From assembly GCA_015680685.1 (NCBI GenBank), contig MNCI01000952.1, forward strand, positions 742,050 to 806,049: a stretch of DNA of 64,000 nt, written 5' to 3'. Positions 13,030 to 24,859 of the stretch are shown here, piece by piece. Within the stretch, counting starts at the first letter, position 1; each line of letters starts with the position of its first letter. The translations under genes and the position numbers were made by a program. Below the pieces are notes generated by a model, which was not told the origin of the DNA, searched no databases, and saw only the letters and a list, made by a program, of their open reading frames with translations. Source of the DNA: Gnetum montanum (lineage: Eukaryota; Plantae; Gnetophyta).

Positions 13030-16000
13030 CCCATGACTATCATTAGGATTAGTTAAATGGAAGATAGATCAAGTAGAAGACTGTTGGGTAGATCAGGTAG
13101 ATTCCTTGGAATATTCATAATAAAGTTTGAGTTGTTGGATATTTACAAGAATGAACATATGTAGACAGATTAGGTGGTAGATATTCAAGGAACCAAATGG
13201 ATAAGTGGCTTAAACAATGTATGGTCCCTTCCAAAGTATCTAGAATTTTGCTTTTTGGGGTAGATGATTAGGGTTATAGTAAAGGACCTTATCACTCAGT
13301 TGTATAGTTACTTGCCTTATTTGTGTGTTGTGCCTAAGTTTGGTGTGATGTTTGTGGACTTCGTTACTCATGAGTGCTACAAGCCTGTTCTTGTCTAAAA
13401 GGTTTAGATTCATGAGAGATTTTTTTTGTGCCAAGCTTAGATCAAGGTCAAGTTCATTGGCAGTAGCTAGAGTGTGGAGCTCTGACTAGGGTGGGAGCAT
13501 TGACAACTTGCCGTAAACTAACTCATATGGTGAGGGTAGTAGTTTCCAGGATGTCCTATAGGTCCATAGAGCATCATTTAGTTTAGTGCTCTAGTCCTTT
13601 CTATATCTACAAACCATCCTAGTGAGTATCTTAGTAATTTCTTGATTAGTAACTTCGACTTGACCATTTACTTAGGGATGATATGGTGTTGTTAGCTTAT
13701 GGTTCATCCCAAGTTGTTGCATGATCTTTTTGAATGTAGCACTAGTGAAGTGAGCCCCCATTATCTGATATGAGCATTCTTGGTACTCCAAATCTATTCA
13801 CCACATGTTATTAGAGAAATTTGGTAGTTGTCTTCACTGTACAATCTTTTACTACTACTGCCTTTACCCATTTCGTATAGTAATCCATAGTCACAATCAT
13901 ATATCTTTTTCCATTCGACATAAGTGTTATGGACCTCATAAAGTCAATTCCCCATAGGTTAAAAGGTTCAAGTGATTGTATCTAGTGTTGTGGGCCTTCG
14001 TATTTAACCATAACTCCTCCATCTCTTTGGCATCACTCACAAGATTTTACAAAAGTATGAATCTCTCTAAACAAGGTAGGCCAAAAGTAACCTACCATCA
14101 TTAGCTTGAGTGTCATTCTATGCTTGCATAGTGGCCATCACATGGGCCTTCATGGCCATGCTGTAAAACTCTATATTGATCACATTCTAGCACATACCAT
14201 TTGACACATCCATTTGCATAACTTTGGTAAAGATTGCCATTAATTTCCATATATCGTTTTTCTTTGTGAAGGAATTGTTCTTGTTGTTTCTTAAACCATT
14301 CAATAGGAAGCTCTTATGTTGTTAGATAAGTCAGATGTTCTACAATCCATGGCTTCCCTGTTGTACTTATAACTTGTATTGTTTTGATAAATAGATCTTC
14401 ATTAGGGAATCAGTTTGATAAAGGGTTTACTTGATCTTCAAAATTCCATTTTAACCTTAATAGATGATTGGCTATCACAGTTAAAATTCCATTTTAACCT
14501 TAATAGATGATGTCAAATTCTTGTAGGATAATATGCCATCTTGTGACTTTAGGATTGACCACTGGTTTGTTAATGAGAAATTAGATGACACTATGATTGG
14601 TATGAACATAGATTTTATATCAAAGCACATAATGTTTGAACTTCTCAAGCACATACATCATGATCATCAACTCTTTTTTCTGTTGTGGTGTAGTTTAATT
14701 GTGCTCTAGTGATGCTCCTATTGGCATAATAGATATATAGTAAGATCCCTTCTAATCATCTAATTATGTCAATATTGCACCAAGTGCATAATTGAAAGCA
14801 TTGGTCATGATGTGAAAAGGTCTTGACCAATTTGGAGCTTGAAGGATTGGTGTGTCCACTAGTTTTTGCTCTAGAGGTTTGAATGCCTTTTCACATGACT
14901 TTATCCATTCAAAGGGTTCATCCTTCTTCATGAGTTCCACAAATAGTTTTGCTATGTTTGAAAAATTTTCTAAGAATCTTCAATAATATCTCGTGTGTTC
15001 TAATAATGATCTCACATGTTTCATTATCTATGGCCTTTGAGTGATATTCTATATGACTCTAATATTTTTAAGATCTACCTTGATACCTTTTTGGGAGATT
15101 TTATGTCCCAACACTATATCATCCTAGATCATGAGATGGCTTTTTTGCCTATTGAGCTTGAGATTAGTTTCACCACATCACTTCAGTACTTGCTCTAACT
15201 GGTCCAATGCTTGATTGAAATCTAGCCCATATGTTGAAAAATCATCCATAAATACTTCTACATCATTTCTTATATGCTTTTGGAAGATGATAAGCATAAG
15301 TTTCTAGAAGGTGTTTGGCGCATTGCAAAGACCAAAGGACATCTTCTTGTAGGCAAACATTCCCCATGGACTGGTGAACATTGTATTCTCTTGGTCTTCA
15401 GGTGCAATGTAGATCTTATTGTATTCATTGTATCCATCCATAAAACTGTAATATTCATGTCCTACGATGGTGTCCAAGACTTGATCAACAAATGGTAGAG
15501 GGAAGTGATTTTTAAATGTAGTAGTGTTCAACATTCAAAAGTTAATGTAGATTCGTCATTTTTCCCCCTTCTTTGGAACAATCACTAAAGGATTGACCCA
15601 TTCACTATCCACAATAGGATAGATGAATCTTGCCTTTAATAATTTTTCCAACTCGTTCTTAACTACTCCTTTTAGTTTTGGATTGAGTCTTCATTGGGGT
15701 TGATGTCATGGTTTGACTATAGGATCAGTATATATCCAGTGTTAACAAATTCTTGGACCAATTCCTATGATCTCAACATAAGACCACACAAATGCAGTAG
15801 ATCATCTGTTAATCACTTCGAATAACATCCTCCTCTGTTCTTCTTTTAAATTACTATTGATTATTACTAGCTTCTTATTGTTCAAAAATGCATATTTCAA
15901 TGTTGTCAATACAGCCTTTAGTTTCAATGGTTCTAATTCCATAGTGTATGGGATCTCTAGTCATCCCTAGTCTATCTCTTCTTCTTGATTTATTCATGGG

Positions 16001-19000
16001 TATAAGTGCCTTTCCCTTGATTTCTCTAACTTATCAATCTCTTCAACATAGGCATTAACAATTTATTCTTCTAGTTCCATGTATTTATTTGATTTAATCT
16101 CTTCATTTTTGATCAGCCACTGGGTGCCTTCTTGCTATGTGCCTATCGCATACAGACATTTCTACATACATATTTCTTCTACACATTTGTTGCATGCTTT
16201 AGTATCCTGTCATCTAATAGCCCATATTCTTTACATGCAATTGCACCCATTATCACTATATACGATACATGGAACTCTCTATATTTGTATAATACCAACT
16301 TCGACTTCCTTGGAAATCTCCAAGGACAAGTCACGAATTCCAAGCTTAGTGTCAATAGTGCTAAACCAAGCTCCTCCCATAATAATTGAAAACTCTCACT
16401 TATTTTTCCCCACATGAATGACTATAAAATCCACAGGGTAAGGCTAATCACTGATGGTTGTAATCACATCATCTACCTATCCTAGTGGAACCGTGATTAA
16501 TTGGTTTGCAAGCTCTAACCAGATGTTACTCTTTTTTAGCGATGATAGATTCTAGGCCTGATACATGTTTTGTGAAATCAGGTTCACTCCTAACTTGAAA
16601 TCAAGTAGATTTTTCATGGTTTCTACCCTATGCTATCTCGAGATAAACTAAGGGACTTCCTGGATTAGTTCATTTTTGTTGAAGATCTATTGCCTTGATC
16701 CAATGCATGATTATTTAAGCATGACAGTTGTGACATTTGGATTTTATGAAAATGGAAGCTTATTGTGTTGAGGAGGATTAGATGTGGATGGTGTGGAAGT
16801 AGATGTGTTCCCCATCTATTGAATCTTTTGAGGACTCATTTGGAAGAACAATCATTTCCTAGGTTGTCCTTCATATGTGATTACCTCCTCTTGTGTACTA
16901 ACTACCCTTGTTGCACTCTTATGTTATAGTTGTGATGGTAGTTTCCTCTGCATAACAAGAGGTGGCATGGGTGGTAAAGGATTCAAGTGTTGATTTGAAT
17001 CAGGTGCTAATGAATGCATGTATGAGTTTGGATCTATTCTTGGCAATGTTGGTCTATGGTACTCAGTGGGGCAATACTGTGAAGTTTGGATAGCAACATT
17101 ACTAGAAGAGATTGGATGTTGTACCAAATATCCATATGGATCTCACTACCTATATGAATATTGTTGGTGAGGTGGTCACATGGCCCATGATTGGGGTTGT
17201 TGCCACTACTGGTAGTACTACTCTTATGGCTATGGCAAAACTCCATTGTGATAGTATGTTGGTTGGAAGTTCTACTTGTAGTTACCTCGAGGTAAGGTAA
17301 TCTTCTGGGCATTTGTTTCTTAACAAATTTAGGATTAAGTGCATATGCCCCTATTTCCTATAAATGTGTCATTACTGGACAACATCCCTTGGGATGTTTG
17401 TATTAACACACAGCACATGCTTCCTCATCAATGGAGCTAGTGTCTAAACACTCAACCATTGAAGCCACTTTGCCTTTTCATCCAAAATCTTTCTTCTTTT
17501 TCTTATCCTTGCCTTTTCCAAAGGCTTTCTTTATTCTCTCCTTCACAATCTTCAATGCTATTGTAAATTTTTCATCTATCGATTCCCACATTTTCTCTAC
17601 ATTTACTATAATATTAGTTACAGTTTTCTAAATTAGTAGAGTCTTCTTTTGAATTGCATGTTCCAAGGTTTCTTCCTCTTGAGTGTCAAAAACTCATGCA
17701 TCTCTTTTTCTGATGGGTGGATCTCTATTATATTCTTCAGCTGATTCTCTCTTTCTTAACTCACCTTCTTCATTCACCACTTGGTCAATTAGTCTCTAGA
17801 TTTGATGGGCAATCATCTCAGATAATTTGCCTTGGGCATAAACCCCAAGGATCTCTTTGGTCTTATTCTGTAACCCATCTACAATGTGCCTTAGTTGTTC
17901 CCATTGTGAGAATCCATGGCTTGGGCATATGTGTGATAGTGAATAGTACTTGCCCATTGCCACATCAAGGGTTTCATAAGTCCCTTTAATCCTTGGATTT
18001 ATTTCCTTCAATTAGACACCCATGAGTAGATTTGGTATTTTTCATTGAATATATCTAGCATGGTACTTCATCTTCTGATTGATTCAAGTTCAAGTGATTT
18101 GTACTAACTCTCTACATATATCACAAGTGTTCATGGGAGAAATTTCAACTTTTTCCAATCACTTTTAATGTTTTGTAGGATGTAGGCATCGTGGAATGCT
18201 TGAAGGCGGTGTTGTGGATCAGCATTATAATCATCCTCAAATCTTGACATGTTATTCATATCAAGCTATTTGATACAGCTATCCATCGTGTGCCTAGTCA
18301 AAATGTAAATAACTTCGTAGATGTTAATCATGCTACGAGTTGCCATCAAGGGTTCATCATCTCAATTAGGTTTGTGTGCTTGGTTATAGTAGTGCCTCCT
18401 ATGCTCATCCCTTTCATGATCTCTTTGATCCCTGTGTCTTCTTTGTTCATATCCTTCATCTTCTAAATCAGAGTGTCTTGAATGATGTCCATGACAGTTA
18501 TGACTCATTCTCTCCTCCTTATCATAGTCTCTATGCCTTTGCCTCCTCCTATCAAAGTTCATTAATGATTGTGAGGATGAGGATGAGGTAGTAGGAGAAC
18601 AATGTTGGCTTGTCCTTGTTGCATGACTCTAGTATTCCTCTCTGTAGGAGTTAGCAAAAACTATTGGCCTTGAATCTTGCTTATACTTTGAGTCAATAGC
18701 CTCTCTCTTAAGTGTCTCTGCTAGGGTAGAATGCAATTGAACTTTAACAATTTCCTCCAATTTAATGATAGATGTCTATGAATGGACTTCATGATTTTGG
18801 TGGAGTTGTTCAGCAATGAATGCATCACCATCAAGCTCTTCTAGAACAATAGGAAAGTTGACTTTATTTTCCTTATTCTAAAAATGTTTGACTTCCATGG
18901 AAGCATCTCTATTTACTTGCTCCTTAATGGGCTGATAGGGTCGTGTCATATGTTTGATCACATTATACCCATCAAGTTTCTTTCTTGGATTCATGCCCCT

Positions 19001-19162
19001 TAGAGTTGTCTAAAGCATGATGGTTGTTGAGCATTCTGGAGTTAGAATAATGTTACCTTGAAGATCTGTCCATCTTAGTTGCCCATCTTGGTGAAAGATG
19101 AAAATAAAATTGTGATAATAAGGATCATGATGAGCATATGAGATCCTTGCTTGTATTGGCAT
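13030..19162 (-). pseudogene. Degenerate gag-pol of the Athila element
   Basis: Remnant motifs with many stops and frameshifts: gag ~17800-18300 (ICPSHGFSQWEQLRHIVDGL); protease ~16300-16610 (LLDFKLGVNLIS); RT ~15000-15800 (DH/NHFPLPFVDQVLD, YSFMDGYNEYNKI, MSFGLCNAPNTF, VFMDDF); RNase H ~14500-14830 (PFHIMTNA); integrase ~13400-14200 (GYFWPTLF, PFNLWGIDFM, FGVPRMLISDNG, SPYELVYGK). Boundaries approximate. Confidence 0.88.
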
Positions 19163-19219
19163 ACTTCTTTCTTCTTTTTCACTCATTCTGTCATTAACTC
19201 TTTTTGTCTCCTTGGCAGG

Positions 19220-20252
19220 TGATGAGACATGAAATTGCTCATATTTCTGGCGGTCGCGTTAAGGCACCCACGATAAGGCACCCACGTTATATCATGGGTT
19301 GCGATATATCATGGGCTGCGATATCGCGTCTTCCCTGCGATATCGCGTACACGATATTGCAGTCAGCCGTAATTTCTATAAATAAAAGGCGGCTCTCCCT
19401 CATTTCACATCCCAGTTTTAGAGTAGCGAAGCTCTGGCAGTTTGATCCCTCCAGAGTTAGAATTTTTCCCATGTCTGCCCGCAGTGTGGTGAATGTAATT
19501 GTACGGTGTCTTTATTCGAGTGTGCCGTACTTGGACACACACATGACCAGCAATAAAGATTGAGATTACTTCATCATTGCAGCATTCACTTAGTTTATTT
19601 ATTTGTTATTTATTTAATGTTATTTATTGCTTTCATAGCGCGGTGTGAGTACGACTTGGCTACGAGCATCTACGGGTGTGTACGGCTAGTTAAGGAATCG
19701 GTTACTCATCGCGATTAGTCTCTCACCCTTAAACTCCTAGAAGCGGAACGAGTACGACTTGATTACGAGCATTTAAGTGTGACTGCTTGGTAGCCCAGTG
19801 GTGTAGCTAGGGGGATCTACGCTTGGTAACCCAGTGGCGTATTTGGGGTCTGCGCTTGGTAATCCCAGTGGCGTACCTAGGCCTATGCTTGGTAGTCCCA
19901 GTGGCAGTCGTGCACGAAGTCCAAGATGTGTACGGTTGATCAAGGAATCGGTTGCTCGTCGCACTTAGGCTAGATTAGATTTTCTTACCCTTTTCCTCTT
20001 AGCTTAGATTTAGTTAAATATTATTTTCCACTGCCATCAGGAGTAGCATTAGAATTAGAACACATCATACACCTCATCTAGACTAAACCATACGTGACAT
20101 ATGCAAAACTAGTCTAGGTGGGAAGACAACGAACTGTGACCTAAGGCTAACTATCTAGGTGCCACAACTAGTCCATCTACGGAGTTCAACCGGATCGCGC
20201 GTGCAACGCTCGTTTCGTATGGTTGAGTGTAGGGGTACCTCGCCACTCATCA
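19220..20252 (+). mobile_element. Athila-family solo LTR inserted antisense into the 5' leader of element 1396-21297
   Basis: TGATGAG..CTCATCA ends. GCGATATCGC palindromes, then CTATAAATA. Homologous to the LTRs at 46283 and 58062. Four ~33-bp GCTTGGTA(A/G)(T)CCCAGTGG repeats at ~19786-19910. Flanks GCAGG / GCTGT match only 3/5. Confidence 0.85.
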
Positions 20253-20401
20253 GCTGTTTGAAGCCATGTTGTGATTTAAGACATTTGGTTAAGTGTGCTT
20301 AATTGTTTAGGTTATGAGTTTTAACTTTGAATTTTGATACAAAAAACTTTGTGAAATCAATTACTCAACATACATTGGCTTGTTGCTGACAACAACACCA
20401 A

Positions 20402-21297
20402 TGATGAGTAGTGAAGTAATCCAACACCCAACCATACAAGTCACAAGTGTTCACATGCAACCAAATCATAATCTGTGGATGAGGCAATGTGAATATGCTA
20501 GTAAGTGGTTTAAGTTCAAGACCATTGTCTTCCCTTGTGGAGCTAGTGAAGTCTATGTGCATGGTTTAGCTCATAGTGAGGTATATGATAACAAAATTTG
20601 TTGGGCCATTGCTACTCTTAGTGAGCATTATGAAATAGAAATAGTCTCTAAGTCTAAGTAAAATAGTAAACAAATCTATTCTATGCTAAGGTGATGGATA
20701 TCTAGTCCTAATTTTCTATACATATCCTAGGCTTATGTAATCATTACTAGGATTACCAAGCATTTTGTTATTGGACAAACTAAGCAATACTACTACTGGA
20801 TTCTCAAACGATCATACTTTACGCTCAAAATCAATCATATCCATTCCACATACTAACAACAGTAAAAGTAAAGTGCATAGAATAGTAAAACATTAACTAA
20901 GAATGTAGTAATCAATAGTCTAAGCGAAAACAGTAAACATTATTCTAAGCAGTAAACTAGGAGAATGCTACAATAGTATGAAATAGCTTGATCTTTATTG
21001 CTGGTCACACTTGTGGCCAAGTACAAGATGTTTGAATAAAGACTCCATTCACTAAGTCACACTACACTGCAGGCATTCACACTTCTAAGTACTTGAGACT
21101 AAATTCACGAAAACAAACTAAAAGAGTTATATTACTATGGACTGAAATCTATTGGAAATTTGTGTGCCTGACTGTTGTATTTATAGGCTAGCACGCATCC
21201 TGCGATATCACATATATAATGACGTAGCTAGTTCTATGATATCGGAACTACGATATCATATATCCAATATTGTAGTCCATCATATTTGACTTTATCA
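20402..21297 (-). repeat. 5' LTR of Athila element 1396-21297
   Basis: Homologous to 1396-2281; PBS adjacent; TSD ATGAT follows. Confidence 0.92.
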
Positions 21298-22136
21298 ATG
21301 ATGGTGCATGCAGATGAAGCTAATAAAAGTGTTGGAAGTGGGAGTGTAACATATTTGATGGTTGAAGATTGAAGAATCTAATTACTATAATTCCCGATAA
21401 TGTTGTAATACTTGCATGCATGTTGTATAAGGGTCAACTTGTTTTCCCATAATCATGCCACCTAATCCCTTTTTAATTATTATAATTGATGAAATAACTA
21501 AAGGGGCATAATGCTTACATGTGGTTGCTGGTTCAAGTTCTAAGATGAATTAAGGAATTAACGATAAAAAATAATTAAGAAAGGGATAATCAAAGAAATT
21601 AGAAGAAATTAATTAATGGAATTAAGCTAAATTCAAGGGTACAATGCCATGACACTATGTAGGGAGTTACATTTTGTTGGTAACTTATAGAAGTATCCAT
21701 GGGCTAAGCACCATAAGCATGCAAGGCATAGTTTGCTATATTCCACCAGAATATGTCGAATTCGCTTCCATGGCTTCTAAGGAGGATATTTACAATTCAA
21801 AAGTTTCAATTTTGGTTATTATTTCATGGTGGAGGTTGTTGAATGTTTAAGTAACATTGCCCATGAAGAAGGATTTCTTTAAGAAGGTGAATCTAGTTTC
21901 TTGGGCCAAGCAATTAGCCCAAAATGGAAAAATTCTAAAGCTTGTGAGTGAGGCTTTGATTGGAGATTATGATTGAAAATAGGTTGAGCTCTTTATCACC
22001 ATTGCTCTGCTATGTTTGCAAAGGGCCTCAAAGCTTAGGCCTAGGATTTTAGAGATTCTACAAATGCTTAATGATGAGGTGGATTCACCCTGCTTACTAC
22101 TTGAATTCTCACCTAGTCCACAGTCTAGTAGCATGC

Positions 22137-23062
22137 TGATGAGTCATCGTTTGACCACGTCGACACAAGCCCATCGACGCAAGCTTGTTAATGTGATCTC
22201 ATTGATGTGTGATTTTTTGCGTCAACACATACGCATCGACATGATCCCATTGATGCATGATTTGCTACATCAACACATACACGTTGATGTAATGTCTACT
22301 TTTGCCTATCAATACGCATGCTTCCACCATGTATTGGTAATCTTTTCTCAATAGAGTAGTTGAGCCCTTGTAGTTTTATTTCGTAGTCTTAGAGAATAGT
22401 TAATGAGTGCCCGTAGTGTGGATCTAAGTCAATTGTATGACATCTTATTCAAGTGGCAATGTACTTGGACACATTCCATGAACGATAATAAGATTGAGAT
22501 TGATTCTTATTCATTGCAGCACTTTGTCTTAGATTAAATTTACTTATAATGCAATTTATATTTCATGTACTTAGTTAATATTTACATTTCCATGCATATT
22601 AATAAATTGGTAGAATGAGGTTGACCAATTTCAAGTGTAAACACATATTTGCTTGGTAATCCCAGTAGCGTTATTGCTTGGTTCACCTAGTAGCATAATG
22701 CTTGGTAACCCCAGTAGTGGATACATGAGTTTAGGACATGTATGGCAAGTTGGGAATAGACACTCATCGCTTGTAGGCTAGTTTAGCATTTATCTTCTTT
22801 TGTTAATTAGATTAAATAATTAATTTCTTTATTATCATTAGGAGTAGCATAAAGCCGCAACAACATCAACTATCATATGCCTCACTTTCGACTAAACCAT
22901 ACATGATAAAGCTACCACTAGTCCAAGTGGGAAGATAGTGAACTGCAATCAATACTTAACGATCTAGATGCCAAACTAGTCCCATCCAATGAATTCGATC
23001 AGGTTGTGCATGAATGCTCAAAATTTGTATGGTTGGGCATAGGGGGTACCTACTACTCATCA
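22137..23062 (+). mobile_element. Solo LTR (related Athila subfamily)
   Basis: TGATGAG..CTCATCA with perfect TSD CATGC on both sides. No PBS or PPT adjacent. Its 5' array uses (G/A)TCGAC-type motifs. Confidence 0.9.
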
Positions 23063-24859
23063 CATGCTATATCAAAAATCTAAATCTAGGAAGAAAATAC
23101 ATCATTAATGATCCAATAACAACAAAAGGGTATAGATTCTTTGTTTTCCCAATAGAATGAAGGGAGTTAAGCAACCAAGATAGGTGAATAGTCAAGAGTA
23201 GTAAGAAGTGAAAAGATAGAGGACTTTAGGCGCTATGGTGGGTAGCTCTAGTGAAAGAGAAGGTAGTGGAAGAACCATTTGTTCTAAATATTTCGAGTCT
23301 AAAGGAGGATTGGATTTCTTTGCCTTTTCCTCTTACTGTACTATTTCCATCCTTGGTAACTAGTCATGGCTCTTTCATTGTAGATAGCACTACTCTATCA
23401 CCTGAGCCTAATAAGAACCAAAGCTTTTCACCTTTCCCATTTAGTAGTCTAGACTTGATTAACTAGTATAGGTCCTTGGTTATCGATGTGGAGGATGTAG
23501 ATTATGCAACTCATCTACATGAGGCCTTTTGTACAAAACTTTCAAGTGATGAGAGATCTAGGTTGTTAGATCTTCTTAAGGATACATATTTGCTACAAGT
23601 CAAGGTTGGAAAAATCTACTAATGAGTAGTAGACTCAACAAAGAAAATCTAGGACTTAGTGAAAAAGCTAAGTTCCAAGTTTTCATTTTTGTTTCCTTTA
23701 AATTTTTTTTAAAACATATTTAGTAGTGTTTCAAGTGTATTGTTATGTTTATAATTTTCCTATTTTATTTACATGTTTCTAATGTTATTGTCAAACTTTG
23801 TTATCTTTTTTTTTGGATTTTAATAGAATTATAATACCATTTCTTTTAATATTTTCCCTATCTTTTATAATTTTATTATTATTCCTTTCATTTTTGTTTA
23901 CTATTTTAAGAAATTTATAAATAAAAAAATTAATATTTTTTATGGTAAATTTTGTTTCTATCATTTAATAAGTATTTGTTTTGATTATATAACATTCATA
24001 TCCATCATTACCTTTATGAGCTAAGACTTTTTTTTAGGTTTCCATACCTATATAGGAGACACCCTAAGCTTTTGTCTCTTAAAGTGAGTTTTTTGAGGTG
24101 TTGTTTGTAATTTGAAATTTACACATCAACACTCATTCCAATGTCAATGTTTAGTGTGATGGAGGTACATTAAAAATGTAGGACATAGACTAAGATTTGT
24201 ATTTGATTGATTGGTTAATCTTAGAATATGTGTATATATGTTAACTATAAAAACAAGAAGAAGCATACATAGTTGTGAGGAAAATGTTATGTTCGTCAGT
24301 GAAACAGATAGTTAAAGATAATTAATAAGATAATTTGGTAAAGAAACTAATTGTTAAATGTTCAAATATCAAACATCACTATAACAATGTAAACTCAATT
24401 TCATAGTGTTATTAAATATAGACTTTATTTGGAATGTTAAGCTTGACAGAACACACCAAATTCTTAACAAATTCCACCTCTGTTCTAATCAATATCTTAC
24501 AAACAAACACAACAATGAAAAGCTGTCTTCCTCAATTTTCCCTACCCATTATCTTCGGCATAGTTTGCATCTAGTTCTCATTACCTATAAACCTTGTTCC
24601 TTTGTTTGAATCTTTTGCATTCTAAAACTACACGTAAGAATATGTTATTCTTTAAACATTTTGATTCAAGATTTATTATTTATGTTTCTAGAACAATTAG
24701 TTTTATTTATGAAATGCGAAGTACCATAAGAACGAATCCCTCTTACCCACAAGTTTTTTAATATCAATACTAAAGTTAAGTGCTTTCTAGAACATTGCTC
24801 TTTACTAGAAGAGTTCTTTAACGGCAAACGAACGTCACTCCGAAAAAAGATTTCACGGA

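Larger units (their letters stand above)
1396..21297 (-). mobile_element. Athila-type Ty3/gypsy LTR retrotransposon, full-length but degenerate, with nested insertions
   Basis: LTRs 1396-2281 and 20402-21297 (TG..CA). Perfect 5-bp TSD ATGAT (1391-1395 / 21298-21302). Decayed tRNA-Asp-type PBS (rev-comp TGGTGTTGTTGTCAG, ~20386-20400). PPT TTGTGGGGGTA next to 2281. gag-PR-RT-RH-IN order on the - strand, followed by an additional ORF. Confidence 0.93.

Noticed and set aside
14440-14510. ~29-bp direct duplication within RNase H/integrase linker
   Set aside because: Ordinary post-insertion repair or slippage scar in a dead pol.
19786-19910. Regularly spaced ~33-bp repeats resembling a CRISPR array
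   Set aside because: Degenerate tandem repeats inside a plant LTR, present in sister LTRs, with no unique spacers or cas genes.
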